Assembly (NCBI GenBank): GCA_965655095.1
Contig: OZ296659.1
Location: forward strand, 66,154,001 to 66,218,000
DNA length: 64,000 nucleotides
Direction: 5' to 3'
DNA from: Haplodiscus bocki
Lineage: Eukaryota
This document shows positions 1-12,319 of this stretch, piece after piece; the first letter of the stretch is position 1; the number at the start of each line of letters is the position of its first letter. Made by a program: the position numbers and the translations under genes. The notes beneath the pieces were generated by a model that saw only the letters and a list, made by a program, of their open reading frames with translations, was not told the DNA's origin and searched no databases.

Positions 1-474
1 ATAACATCACCTACCTTATCATTATTGAATGCAACAAACAACATAGCTCTGATTACATCGATAACTAATTTAATCACAAATGAATTTACTTCAGAATTTA
101 AAATACGATAAACTAAATCAGGAGATTGGACAATTGTAGTTAGTGTTCGATATGAAAACGCTTTGAAACAATCTGGATACTGACAAAACATTGATGTGAA
201 AGAAACACAGGAATTGAAAAAGATTTGTAATCATCACTTGGATAAAAGAACTGATATAGTGAAGAATACTAAGATTAAAGTAGATGATGGCTTTGGTGAT
301 ATACCAAGTAAAATAGTACTTTGCCAGAAAAAAAGTAAACCTAACAATTTTTCAGCCACATTGATTTAAATCCTAATTTTAGTGTGAATGTTGGTTTACT
401 TAAACCCAAAAAGAAAAGTTCATTCGATTTCGAAGCAAGTTCTCCTTCTGAAAATTCAAACTTTTAGAAAATAA

Positions 475-636
475 ATGACAAAGACTTGGTATGTTGGTGG
501 TAGACATCATAAAGAAATGGTAAATCAGATTCTATATGAATGAGTATACCTTAAAAGTCGAAATTTCGTTATAAAGTTATAGAGGGTAGTTGCTGTACCT
601 GTGGACGAAACAAATCTCATGTTTTTACTAAGTTAA
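475..636 (+). pseudogene. Small Zn-ribbon protein remnant (DUF5679-like), Polinton accessory
   Basis: MTKTWYVGGRHH...GSCCTCGRNKSHVFTK across a stop and frameshift. Confidence 0.4.
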
Positions 637-1062
637 TGACACGAGAAGATTTTGAAAAGAGAGGAAAAAGCAAAATCAGACACTGTTCGCCTATGTCAAA
701 CTCAGCTGGGTACGATTTGAAAAGCGGAGGAAATATAGTGAAACTACATGACAAATATCCAAACGTTGATTGTAATTGTCAGAGACAAATTTTCTTTACA
801 CCAAAACAATTCAACTGGAAGGAACCGGATTTGAAAACAATTTAAAAAAAATTTTTGAAGGAACCCAAACAGCTTGAAAAAAATTTTTTTAAAACCAAGA
901 AGTAATTCGACAGCTCCTGTTATTGGCTTGGCTTTGGCAGCGAAATCAACGAATCTTGCGGTGGTTCACGCTACTACAAAAATTTGGAAAGGTTTGTCCG
1001 GAGCGTAGGTATTGAAATTAAATAATATGCATGGGAAAGGTTTCAGATTGCGAGTAGTGTGA
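636..1062 (+). pseudogene. Polinton virion/core-type protein remnant with Gly cleavage motif and amphipathic segment
   Basis: FTPKQF/QLEGTGFENNLKKIFEGTQTA...APVIGLALAAKS...MHGKGFRLRVV* after frameshift repair. Confidence 0.4.
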
Positions 1063-1089
1063 TTTTTGAGTTCAAATAAAGTTTTGTTA

Positions 1090-1800
1090 TGAGAGGACTA
1101 GTTGTATTAAACATTTATTCGAATTTGATCTAGTGAAAAAAAATTGTAAATGTAAAGCGATAATTTTAAAAACTAACTTTCATAATCGATCAGCATCTAA
1201 AGGTGAAGTACACCCAAACTGTAAATCCTGTAGAAAACAATAATATGATCAGAATCGACAGCAAAGCAAAAGTTGAGGATTAGAAAAAAATGAAACCAGG
1301 ATAATTTTTTTATTGAAAAATCGCGATTGAAAAAAAAATGAAAATAATTACAAACTTATAATGGGACTAATGCTCCTCAAAATGAATTCATTAAAAACAG
1401 AAAGAAGACTGATAATGATTTTCGTTCAAGTCATATCATAAAAAACAAGATCTATCCAGCTCTAAAAGTTGAGTCAAAATCATCGTCTACAAAAAGAATA
1501 TTAGAAATTGATAATGAAACTTACAAGAATTGGAAAAAATTCCAGATGACTCCAGAGATGAACTGTTCAAATGTCGAGACTGATCATGTCAAACCATTTT
1601 GTTTTTCTGATGTATCCAAAAATGATGGAAAAAAAGAAGCGTTTAATGGGATGATCAGCCAGCTCTCCTTAAAAAAGAAAAATCGGCATCAAGAAACTTA
1701 ATCTAATTCGTGAAGGAAAGATTGCATTCTTTTAACAAAATTCAATTTGTTAGATGATGGATTGCATTTTATTAAAGCTTATTATTTTCAAGGGCTAAAT
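1090..1800 (+). pseudogene. HNH endonuclease remnant
   Basis: N-terminal CKSC; FQMTPEMNCSNVETDHVKPFCFSDVSKNDGKKEAFN resembles the virus-type IDHIKP...NxQPL HNH pattern. Confidence 0.6.
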
Positions 1801-1849
1801 CGAGAAAGATATCGTTTAATTCTTCAAATATGAAAGTTATGGTAAAACA

Positions 1850-2400
1850 TTCAGGAAAAACTATGCAACCAACAAAATAATTTTTAATCGAATCGGTGAA
1901 AATTGGAGTGTTGCTGTGATGGATTTGTCTGATTACAAAAAATCGAACAATGAAGAATTTCGATATGTTTTCATCAAAATCGATGTTTTATCAAAACATA
2001 CTTGGTGCATACCAATAATGATTAAAACGCTCAAACAATAACAGATGATTTTTCGAGGACTGTACCTACTTCAAAACGAACACCTCTCAAAATCAACAGC
2101 AATCGAGGTAAGGAATTTTAAAAAAGCATTTTCCAAGATTTGTTGAGACAGAATGGTATTTATCCTTTTTCAAGATTCAGTGATAAAGATCCTGCTGTAC
2201 CATCAACGGTCACTAGAACCAAAAAAGTATTCTGAAGAAACTGAAGGAAAAGTGACACACGATACAATCTGTAGCAATAGAATCAACTATTCATCCGAGA
2301 AGTACAAAAAAAATTTATCAAGTTCAACAAAACTAACATTAGGAGAAAATGATCAAGTAAACAAAAAACAAATTTATTTCAAGAAAAACACTGCTAATAG
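1850..2400 (+). pseudogene. Polinton DDE (rve) integrase remnant, internally deleted
   Basis: WSVAVMDLSDYKKSNNEEFRYVFIKIDVLSKHTWCIP...KRTPLKINSNRGKEF (degenerate SDxGxEF)...FQDLLRQNGIYPFSR. Confidence 0.85.
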
Positions 2401-3613
2401 GTGGAACTAATTGAAATTGAAAGAAGTCAAAAGTATCCTAAACAATGTATGCACTGCATACGTAACACAATCCTACGTTTTGCAAACCAATGGACTTGTT
2501 AGAAGTGGATATAATGTAATCAAGATAAAAAAACGAACTTACAGCAATACACCGGAAGAAATTAATTTCTTGCAACAGACTGATGTATGCTGAAAAAGGA
2601 TTACATGTATTTGCAAAAATGTACAAAAAATATAAGAAGTTGATGATAGTGATAAATTGTCTAAATGATTATCAAGATTGGAAAACAAGAAAAGGAATAA
2701 AAGAAAAACTTACTTGAAGACACTATAAAAATGGATGACGAATTTGAACAAAATTACTGTTCCAGAACAGCAAAACGTATATATTGAATTGGAAAAGACA
2801 GTATAAAAATATTGAAAAAATGGCAGATTTTGAGAAATATTTTGAAAACATAAACTCCTTCGATACAATGGCATCCGTTTTGTCAATTTTCAAATGAGAC
2901 ATCTGAATTGTAAATATTATGTGGGAGCAAAAAAAAACAACATTAAATTCGTCCAAATGAAGTTAAAACGTTACGAGAACCAGAACCAGCGAAATCTTTG
3001 TGAGTCAAATCCATGGATAAAATTGATACGACGATAAGGAAAACAAAGAACATGTTGAGAAAGGAAATAATGAATTAGAAGTCAAATCTTATCCAAAAAC
3101 AAAACAGAAGAAGACGTTTGAAAAACCTAATATTCTTTCGGAATGTGCAAGTTGTAGAAATCGCAATTGAATTCAATTGAAAAGAGGTTGTTTTTCTCCG
3201 AATGGTGAATTTATTTTCAAAAAACAAAAACCTCCCTCGATAGATAAAGAAGTGCTTGGACAAAAAAAAGATTGCCCTATGCAAACAAAAATATAAGAAA
3301 AACATACTTTTTATGGTAAATAAAAAATTTAAAACAACAGAAGAAAAGATTAATAAAAAAGTCAGTTCAAAAAATAGAACAAAATCTAAAATTCTTCAGA
3401 TCTAAAGTAAATGTTATCATCAAATGAATTATTTGAGACAAAGTAATGTTTTCCAATTTGAAAAAGGTCCTTTTAGTAAAGGTGCTCAAGGTAGAGCTTT
3501 GTTCATGCATGAAGCTTTGTCTGTAAGGAAGTTTTACCAGACGAAACATCAAGTTAACAAAAGGAATATAAATTAATATGACTTGTATTAGGCTATCATT
3601 TTATATTTATCAG

Positions 3614-6600
3614 ATGAAAGGAGAGGCAACTGAGATCTCAGATAAAAAAATTCAAGCTTTTTTCTCATACAAATAGAGACGCAAACTGGAAGATAGCCTC
3701 AAATGTGATATTTGTAGTGTTGATGTTCATAGAGCATCTCTTGCAAAACACATAAAGAGCGAAAGACGTTTGGAGAACAAAAAATTATTCCTTCTAGTTT
3801 TGTTAAAGAAACAAACAAAACCACACCAAAAACAACTTATAAACCTTAACGTTCAAAACAAAAAGCAGGAGAAAATTTTAAAATAATTGATAAAGAACTG
3901 AACAAAAAACTAAAAACGAAATCAAAAATTGATTATTCTCCACTGTTTTACTCACAAACTATCGAAACCCGGTTTTTAAATAGTTTTAGATAGCCATCAT
4001 AATAGTCATACAAATTCTAAAAAACTTTACACTAAAATATAAAGAAATTGCAAAAATTTATGTTGATAATACAACGACGGAACTGTGTTATATATACGCA
4101 AGATTAACAAATATAATTAAGTTTAAAAAATCAAGTAGTCTGTTCAGCAGGATTCGATGAGCGAAATGAAAATGATCAAGTATCAGATGAAATTGAACTA
4201 TATAAAATTTCGAATGTCAATCAAATTTTGACGGAATCTGATATTGATAAAAAAAAGATGTTAGATTCCAATTAGAACAACAGACTCAGAATCAAGAATC
4301 GAAGGAAATTGGAAGGATATTTGACAGTTTTTCAATTACAATATATTTCTAGGGAATTACTGAGTTAAATGAAACAAGATATTGGTGAACTCCGTTGAGA
4401 TCTTCAGCTACAATTAAGATTAAAATTGATGATAACTATTGTTTCCTTCAGTCGAAATTAACTTATCTTCATCCTCGTAAAAATAGTCATCCTAATAGAG
4501 TACCGAATTATAGACAAAATTTTGATAAATTAAACAATCAAAGACTCGAATTTACCAATGGATTTACCAGTGATGCTGTGTGTAACTTTGACAAATGAAA
4601 TATAACATCAAAAAATTTGTTTCATTAAATTTATATCAACATCAAGAAAATGGACACATAAACTGATCCATATTCAAACTAGTAAAAGTGAATCGGAGAA
4701 AGATTCATTAACCTGGAAAAGTTGTTATGTTCTCATTAAGAAGTTACATGTAATTTTAGGTGAACATGATTCTAAATTTTCATCTAGACGATGTTTGAGT
4801 TCGTATTTAGGTTAAAAAGTTTTAACGAGACATAAACAAAGATTTGAACAACAAGAAATAACAGCTATTAAAACATCAAATTATTCGCATCTACATGGGT
4901 AGAAAAATTTCAATAATAATCCTTTTTATTTTAGGTTATATGCAGATTTTGAAACTGATGACGAAATTGATGAATCTAGTATAAGAATTAGAAAAACAGC
5001 TCACATTTTCACATTTGTGAACAAAATGCTGTATGTAAGAGTAATTACATAATATCTGAAGTTTTTGATGTTTTGCAGAGCGGTTATTATGAATGTTCTC
5101 CAAGACATGATAAAGTAGACTGGTTTGTAGATGAAGTAATAGGAATAGAAAAAAATCACCTAATTTTTTCAGAACACTAATCAAAAAAAAATATTTTTTT
5201 TTCAATATTCAAGATGGGGAAGAAATAACGATGTTTCACTTAAAAAGTGTTGTTAATTTTTTTACATGTGTTTTTGAGAACTTTAAAAAAATTTCAATCA
5301 ACGAATTTGATCTCATTTTTTTCTTCCGCTAGAGCTTACCTGGTTTCACCTGGTAATGTGGATTGGTTTATACTGGTAGAAATTCACAAAAACTTCAAGG
5401 TTAAGAACTAATTTTTTCTCAAAAAAGTTTTTACGGAAGTGTAAGCAGCGTTATGGGTGATAGATATAATAAAATTGGTGAGAAATAAAAGATTTTATTT
5501 ATAGAAGTTGCTAGTCTTAATGGTTAGGCTATGAGCGAATCCCTACCTCAGGATGAAAATAAAATTGATAAAAATGTTAATTTAGAAGAGATAATAAAAA
5601 CTCCTGTTGATTCGGATTTTTTTACTTCGTTAAGGTTGATTTAAAACATCCAGGTAAAAAAAAACAAAGTAATTCCCCTTTCGCCCTCAGAAAACGTTTT
5701 CAAAATAACTTAAGTGATAAGATCAAGGAGATGAGACCGAAAAATACACATAAAAAGTGAAGTCACTTTTTGATTGGACTGAGAAAAAGAAAAATTTAAT
5801 TCTTTTTAGGGTGTTGAAAATGTAAGTTTGACACGCAATGATAGTTGATAAAGTTCAAGGGATAATTTTTTTAATTAAATAAACGCTTAGAAAAGTATAT
5901 ATATTTTGAAACTCATAAAAAAGTCAATCAATAGAGGTTTATGAAAAGTACTGCTATAACTCAATCAATAACTCATTTAATGGAAAGACAATAGAAAAGG
6001 TATGAAATAGATTAAAAATTGAATTTATTTAAAAAGATAATGGTACAGAAACAACAATTAAAACAGAACTTCAATGGAACCGATAACGTTTATACAAAAT
6101 CTGTTAGTTACACCTTTGGGCAAAATGAAATTGTTACGGACAAGCCAAATTACTTAGGGTTCGCGCTTGAAGAATTGAGTAAATTATCGTTGTATGAAAC
6201 ATACTATGATACTCTAAACACATTTTGGGAAAAAAATTATACAATTGCAAAAAATATATACTGATAGTTTCGTATTAGGTATAAATACTAAACATGTTAT
6301 CAAAGACTTGAAAAATCTCAAAGATTTGTTTGACTGAGGCATTTCCAATGAAAATGTTGAATTGAATAGCATTAAAAAAGGAGAATTTATTAGTAAATTC
6401 AAAACAGGAACTCCCAAAAACGTTTCCATAGATGAATTTATTTGTTTCCGGAGTGAAACAAAAAGATTTAGATGTAGAGGTTTTTGAAAAAAAATCAATG
6501 GTTTTTTCAAATCTCAAAAAATGACAAAGTTTTAAAAAAATTACAATTGTTTATTTAGAAAATAATGTCTAAAAAGAAGTGATAGTAATGTAATTTGTTC

Positions 6601-6706
6601 GGTTGTACATGAATTGTAGCTTCAAATAGTACGTAAATCCACACTATCAACTTTTGCTGACAAACGATGTTATATAAATGAATTGACACCAAACCTTGCA
6701 ATTGAT
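3614..6706 (+). pseudogene. polB: Protein-primed DNA polymerase B with upstream C2H2 finger, decayed
   Basis: CDICSVDVHRASLAKH (~3700); DNYCF..LHP..HPNRV; ExoI YADFE (~4938); SLPGFTW; motif A-like ASLNG*AMSESLP; motif B-like NNSFNGKTIE; KPNYLGFALEELSKLSLYETYY; YTDSF; DKRCYINE. Confidence 0.9.
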
Positions 6707-7215
6707 ACTGAAAAAGGGTTATAAAAGTAAAATTAATATGTGAAAAGTGTCGACACGTTGAACATTTCAATGATTTGTTTGACTGAGGCATTTTCAACGA
6801 AAATTTTGAAATCAATAGCATTAGAAACAAAGAAGTCATTTGTATATTCAAAACAGGAACTCCTTAAAACGTTTCCATAGATGGATTTATTTGTTTCCGG
6901 AGTGAAACAAAATGATTTAGATGTGGAGGTTTTTGAAAAAAAAATTGAATGGTATTTTCAAATCTCAAAAAAATGACATATTTTTGAATTTATTATAGTT
7001 GTTTATTCAGAAGATAATATCAGAAAAGAAGTGATAGTTATGTAATTCGTTCGGTTGTTCATGAATTGTAGCTTCAAAAGGTACATGAATCCACACTCTC
7101 AGGTTTTGATGACAAACGATACTATTTAAATCAACGGACAGTAAACCTTGGAATTGATACTAAAAAATGGTTATTAAAGTGAAATTAGTATGTGAAAAGT
7201 CGAGACAGGTTAAAA
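6323..7215 (+). repeat. Tandem duplication (period ~449 bp) of the PolB 3' end
   Basis: gatttgtttgactgaggc at 6323 and 6772; the copies align to tgtgaaaagt. Confidence 0.9.
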
Positions 7216-8557
7216 ATATTAAGAAATCCAACAAATACGTTTCACGAGGAAACACAAATGTTAGAGAAAGATAGAAACCTATGTAAACAAAAAGAACAAC
7301 AAAAACTTCATGAACCTATACCATGTTTCAGGATTTTTTGAGTTTTTAATGGTAATAATTTCAATCCTTATTCCCAAAAAAACTATGATTGAAAAGATCG
7401 TTAAGAGAAACTTCTTATGATGGATTTTGCTTTGTTTAGCTTGAAAAATCTTTGGTTTTGATAGACTAATCATTTGGTAATGTGTTTGAATATGTTTTTA
7501 GAAACCAAAACCACAACTCTAATCAAAATAATCACATTTTTTTCAAAATTTTGTTTGAAATGTTTTGAATCACTTTGATTAGGTGGTCTAAAGGTAGCTT
7601 TCACCGTTTTTTCTTCGAAAAGCCGGAAAAAATGAAATGTGTATGAAGTTTTAGTAGTCGAGAAGAAAACTGATGATCGGTTTTTAGTTTAATTCAATTC
7701 TTTTGTTTCCTGTCTACCCCCATTGATAAAAATTTATTTTACTTCTTTTTTAATACTTTTTGTAAAATCTTGTGTACCCGCTTTGACAATAGTTTACCTT
7801 CACTGAAGTTCTATGTTTTCCTGTTTACCCTCACAGATAATAGTAATTTTTGTTTTAGTTTTCCCTCTGCGTTGTCTTGTCTTTAAGTTTTTACTTAACA
7901 TTTGTTTGCAATTTTTTTGGCTGTTGTGGACGCGTTGCGGCTGGTGTCAAATGCGATGGATAGAGCTACTCAAACTATCACTCCTTCTGCATTTTTACTG
8001 GTCAGAAATTGTGTCGAAAACGCATCAGTAACCAGAAAGTTGACGTGAAGAAGAAGTAGCCTTGAAGACTACGGCAGTACATTCAAAGTAGCCCACAGTG
8101 TTCAAATACTAATTTTAATAATATTTTCCCAAGGAATAACATCTATACTTACTAGTTGAACCAAGTAATGAAGCTTCCTTATATTTTAAAAATATTTTTA
8201 AATTTTATGAATTAGCGTAAAATACTTGACGATTAACGTCAAAAGTACCTCAAACTACCTATTTTTCACAAGAATAACTGACGCCTTTACCTCAGCTAAT
8301 TCAGTGTTTTAACATGAGTGTGTCATGCACACTGAATAGTGACACGGTTTCATATACTGCTTTCACCTGTGCTTGTTGATTTGCAAAAAAACCATTTACC
8401 TATTTATATTACCAGCATTGCAGTAAATTTGATTTACTTTTTGATTGTCATGGAAAAACGGTATTTCATGCTTCGATGATTTACATTTGAAATCTTGATA
8501 TTCTTTTTAAAACTGCGTAAAAGTGATGTCCTAGATAGGTGGTAAAAAATCCTTTGA

Positions 8558-8900
8558 TGTTACAGTTTTAGTCACGACCAAAAAAAACGGGGCGTTCGGA
8601 ATAACCTCCTATTGGTTGACGACAAGGACCTCGACAAGCAATTATTCCTCGACTCGGTTGGAACGGAAGATGAAAAAGGGCAAAAAACATTTTAAAAACC
8701 CAAAACGACCTGTCGACACAATCACCAAAAAGTTCCAGAGCAAACAGTTGAAGGAAACGATTATTAGTAATTTAAAAGTTACCATAGAGATATTTATATC
8801 ATGTGTTCTCCTAAACTTTCATTATTGAATTTTGATTGATACAATTTAAAACTTCATCATTTCACCTAAACACTTGTTTCTTTGATCGTTTTTTTAACAT
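8558..8900 (+). repeat. Candidate 5' LTR of Gypsy-1
   Basis: Starts TGTTAC, contains ATTGG box, lies just upstream of gag; partner LTR not found. Confidence 0.35.
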
Positions 8901-8957
8901 TATATGTTGAGTGTTATTAATTTATATTCTGAATTTGGTTCAACCGTTTTCGAAAAC

Positions 8958-10680
8958 GGTTTACACACGTAAGAAAAGGAATCACCAGAACAAAGCAGAT
9001 TATCCAGTTGAATTAGACTTTAAAAGATTTTATTAATCGTAACGGTCTCAATGTGGGCGTAACGGACAACAACATCTTAGCACAGCCGACCAATGGTCAG
9101 CACAATGATTTAGAGAGGTTAGTTGAGAGTGCAATTCAAAACCAAGTCATGAAAATTCATGCACAGGACAAAGAAAAACTAAGAAAAGCAGTCGACGACG
9201 CTAACTTGATTGTCGAAAATTGCATGCACGGCAACAGTTTGACAACGACGGATGAACTGGCAACTCTGGGAGTTCAGATGGTAATTTAATCACCACTTCA
9301 TCAGGACATGGGCCAAATAGTGAAATCCTAAACCCTGATCGGAGAGTTTTCTTAGAGAATGCTGGTAAAACTCTGCTCATGTCGGCCTCTAGCCGATTAG
9401 ACTCAAACACAAATCATGATAGGATCGATGAGACTCGTGATGAAAAAAACTTCGAGGATGGCGACCTTCCGGCATTAAGATCTAACTATGACCGGAGAGC
9501 GCAAGCTCATCACTTGGTGACAGGACATAACGCCCCACACAGCAAAAATCCCTAGTACCTCACAGGAGGTTGAATTCAAAACCGAAATGACCCACTGTCG
9601 CAGCAACTTACTCTATTGCAGAGGATGGCTAACATATTTCAGCCGACAGCAGGTTGCAAATGGTTGAGGAAACACCGCAGAGACAAAACTCAGACTCAGG
9701 CAATCCTATGATTGGACTTGCTGAATCTATTGCAAGCATTGCATCTTAACAACGACCCAGACGTCAACACCATCATTCAAACCAACAACAACGAACACAT
9801 TAATCTTCGAAGATAAAAATGAGAAAGATGAAATTTTCAAAGACCTTTTTCAAACGATGCTCAAATTGCAACTTGAAAGGTCAGAGAAGATATAAATCAA
9901 TCATTTTTCCTCACATTTTCGAAAACAAACACAACAGACATTTAGAAATACGAAAGCCAGCAACAAACATACGCTCGCAGAGGTACTTATCATTTTCAGT
10001 CGAAAGTACGTCAGACCACAATCACAAGCCCCAGAAAAACACAGAAAGCGTTATCTCACTTTCAACCTTAGCACAAAATTACTCTCGAATTTCCTTGAAG
10101 AACTATGTGAATGTGCCGAACGCGCTCTTGGGCTTCTTGCACAAGAAATGGTAGAGAAGTTGTTCTTCGCCAAATTACCCCCCACATCTCATACGCTCAA
10201 AAAACTTTGCACTTTTAGAGAATGGCACATACGATGAAATAGTTGCTCCTTTAGAAAGGGAACTTCAAATCAGTGGGTTGGAAACAGATGGAGAAATAAC
10301 CGTTCCCAAGGAGGCAACCACAAAAACAGTAAGCAAACAAACTCAAGGAAAAAAACTCCGAACACCAACAAAGAACTTGCTGATTTTGCAAAAAAAAACA
10401 GCAAATGTCATTGAACGATGTCGCCAAAGCATTCGTAAAGAACAGGCGCGTCAGGGTGAAAAACAAACTACCGATAAACTGAAACGCGAAAACAAATCCA
10501 CCATGTGCACACTGACAAAGGACTTACCACACAGTAGACCTTTGCTGGAAAGGCCTAAACGCTGCCAATACACCTAAATGGTTCAAACCCGAAAATCACA
10601 TTAACTCAATATACGAAAGTTATAAACCACAAACGTCTACACAAAATACCCCGACCTATATCCTCAACAGTACTTTAAAC
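8958..10680 (+). pseudogene. gag: Gag (capsid plus two degenerate Zn knuckles)
   Basis: FKDLFQTMLK..INHF..FSRKYVRPQSQA..FLEELCECAERA..AKLPPHL; knuckle-like C*FCKK and CAH*QRTYHTVDLCW. Confidence 0.8.
10674..10680 (+). promoter_or_regulatory. Putative -1 ribosomal frameshift heptamer T TTA AAC at gag/pol junction
   Basis: X XXY YYZ motif at the end of gag. Confidence 0.6.
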
Positions 10681-11309
10681 AGAAAAAGCCACAACACCAC
10701 TGGTCACCTATGCTACTCGCAACCCCATATGTATTACCCGACCCACCAACTGTCTCCTACCACACAAACGTAAAACTTTGTGAAAGATTTCAGTCAGTTG
10801 TCTGGCAGCAACAGATGGAAACATTTTACTAAGAGCGATACAAAAAAACAAATTTGATCAAATAACAAACTCCCACTCACCACAAGCCATTCAAACAAAA
10901 CATTTCTACACGTTTCGAACTTCACCAGAAACACAAGATTATGAGCCACATATTTTTATCAACACTTTCAGCGAGATCCCAACTGGGATGAAGATCTTCA
11001 CAATTAAAAAAAAACTCGAGGTCAGGAAAAAAACTTGACAATCTATCGGAAAAAGTCGACGACGATGGCAGAATCACAGACTCACACGTATCAGATAAAC
11101 TCAGATACGCCTTGCTTTTCTTATGGACAGATAAGCCACAACTGGCTAATACTTCACCATAACTGAATTTCAAACCACAACCCAATTTCACAAAAAGTCA
11201 AATTCTGGTCCTTGACATAGAAATCAACCCACAAATCCAAACAACTCCCGGCAAAAACACAAATTTCCGACCAATAGTGATAATCCTCCAAATGAAAAAC
11301 ACAAGGAAG

Positions 11310-11660
11310 ATACTCTTTTTTCCGATGGATTTCGGCAATTAAACTATTGATTGCTTCGTTCATACAAACGCGAAAACAGGTGCTATTTTAGCAGCGGTCT
11401 CACAAAAAACTCAATTGCTAGCACTGCAAACATTTTTAAATGAGGGACCAAACCCGGTCTTTCAATTAATGGTAGCGGATGGGCATTTAGAAACGCCGAG
11501 CGCAACAGTCGAACTTCAATTTGACTTTGGGGATATCTTATTCAAAAAGCGTTCCAAAGTAATGCCCAATCTCACAAGACCACTAATTGGATGGCTTTTC
11601 CCACAAAGAAACAGCACCATTCTAGACATGCGTCACGGGGTCTCAATTTTTTTTCCATGT
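11310..11660 (+). pseudogene. pol: Gypsy-1 aspartic protease domain
   Basis: LFFPMDFG..IDCFVHT (eroded DTG), LMVADGHLETPSATVELQF, PLIGWLF. Confidence 0.75.
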
Positions 11661-12319
11661 AACCCAAGTATGCAGACAACAAGTACTCTAACTTCAACGT
11701 TCATTTATAAAACGCAACAGACAACATCTTTATACCAGGCAAAGAAGCTATGATTTACATCAAATCACAAGTTTACACAGAAAAAGAAGTGCCAAGCACA
11801 ATACAACCTGCTCCTGACCTAAAAGATAATGATGACCTCATCATCTGCCCACGTTAACAACCAATCAAAACAGACAATTTACAGTAATCCTCATCAAAAA
11901 CTTCTAGGAGCACCCATACACACTGAAAAAGTAATGCAACGTTGCTAATTTCTCAAAATTGACACCACAGCAAGCGGAATATATCAAACCAGTCAACCCA
12001 GCACCACTGAGTCATCTGCTGGAGACAAACCACGATGATGCCATACAGTACGTGAACGCATTTTGAAAATGCCCCAGTCAGAAGAATCTAATGAAATCTT
12101 TTGGTTACCTACACCTCAGAAACCCGGTGATGAAAGCGAACACACACCCGTACAAAAACGCACACTTCAAGAACTGATTGCTTTAAAGACGCTCAAAAAA
12201 GTAAACCCACAAGACAACCAAGAGTTACGTGACCAATTTTTGTCTCTATTCAATTGGACTGGCTCAACATTGGACAAACAAGCACGTCAATCCATTGAGG
12301 GAATACTTGTTGAAATCCA

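Larger units (their letters stand above)
1..7215 (+). mobile_element. Polinton/Maverick remnant 1 (AT-rich family, decayed, termini not seen)
   Basis: Co-oriented Polinton-type integrase and protein-primed PolB remnants plus accessory ORFs; no TIR recognised. Confidence 0.85.

Noticed and set aside
7216-8557. Right TIR of Polinton 1
   Set aside because: No convincing terminal motif, and the partner end is outside the window
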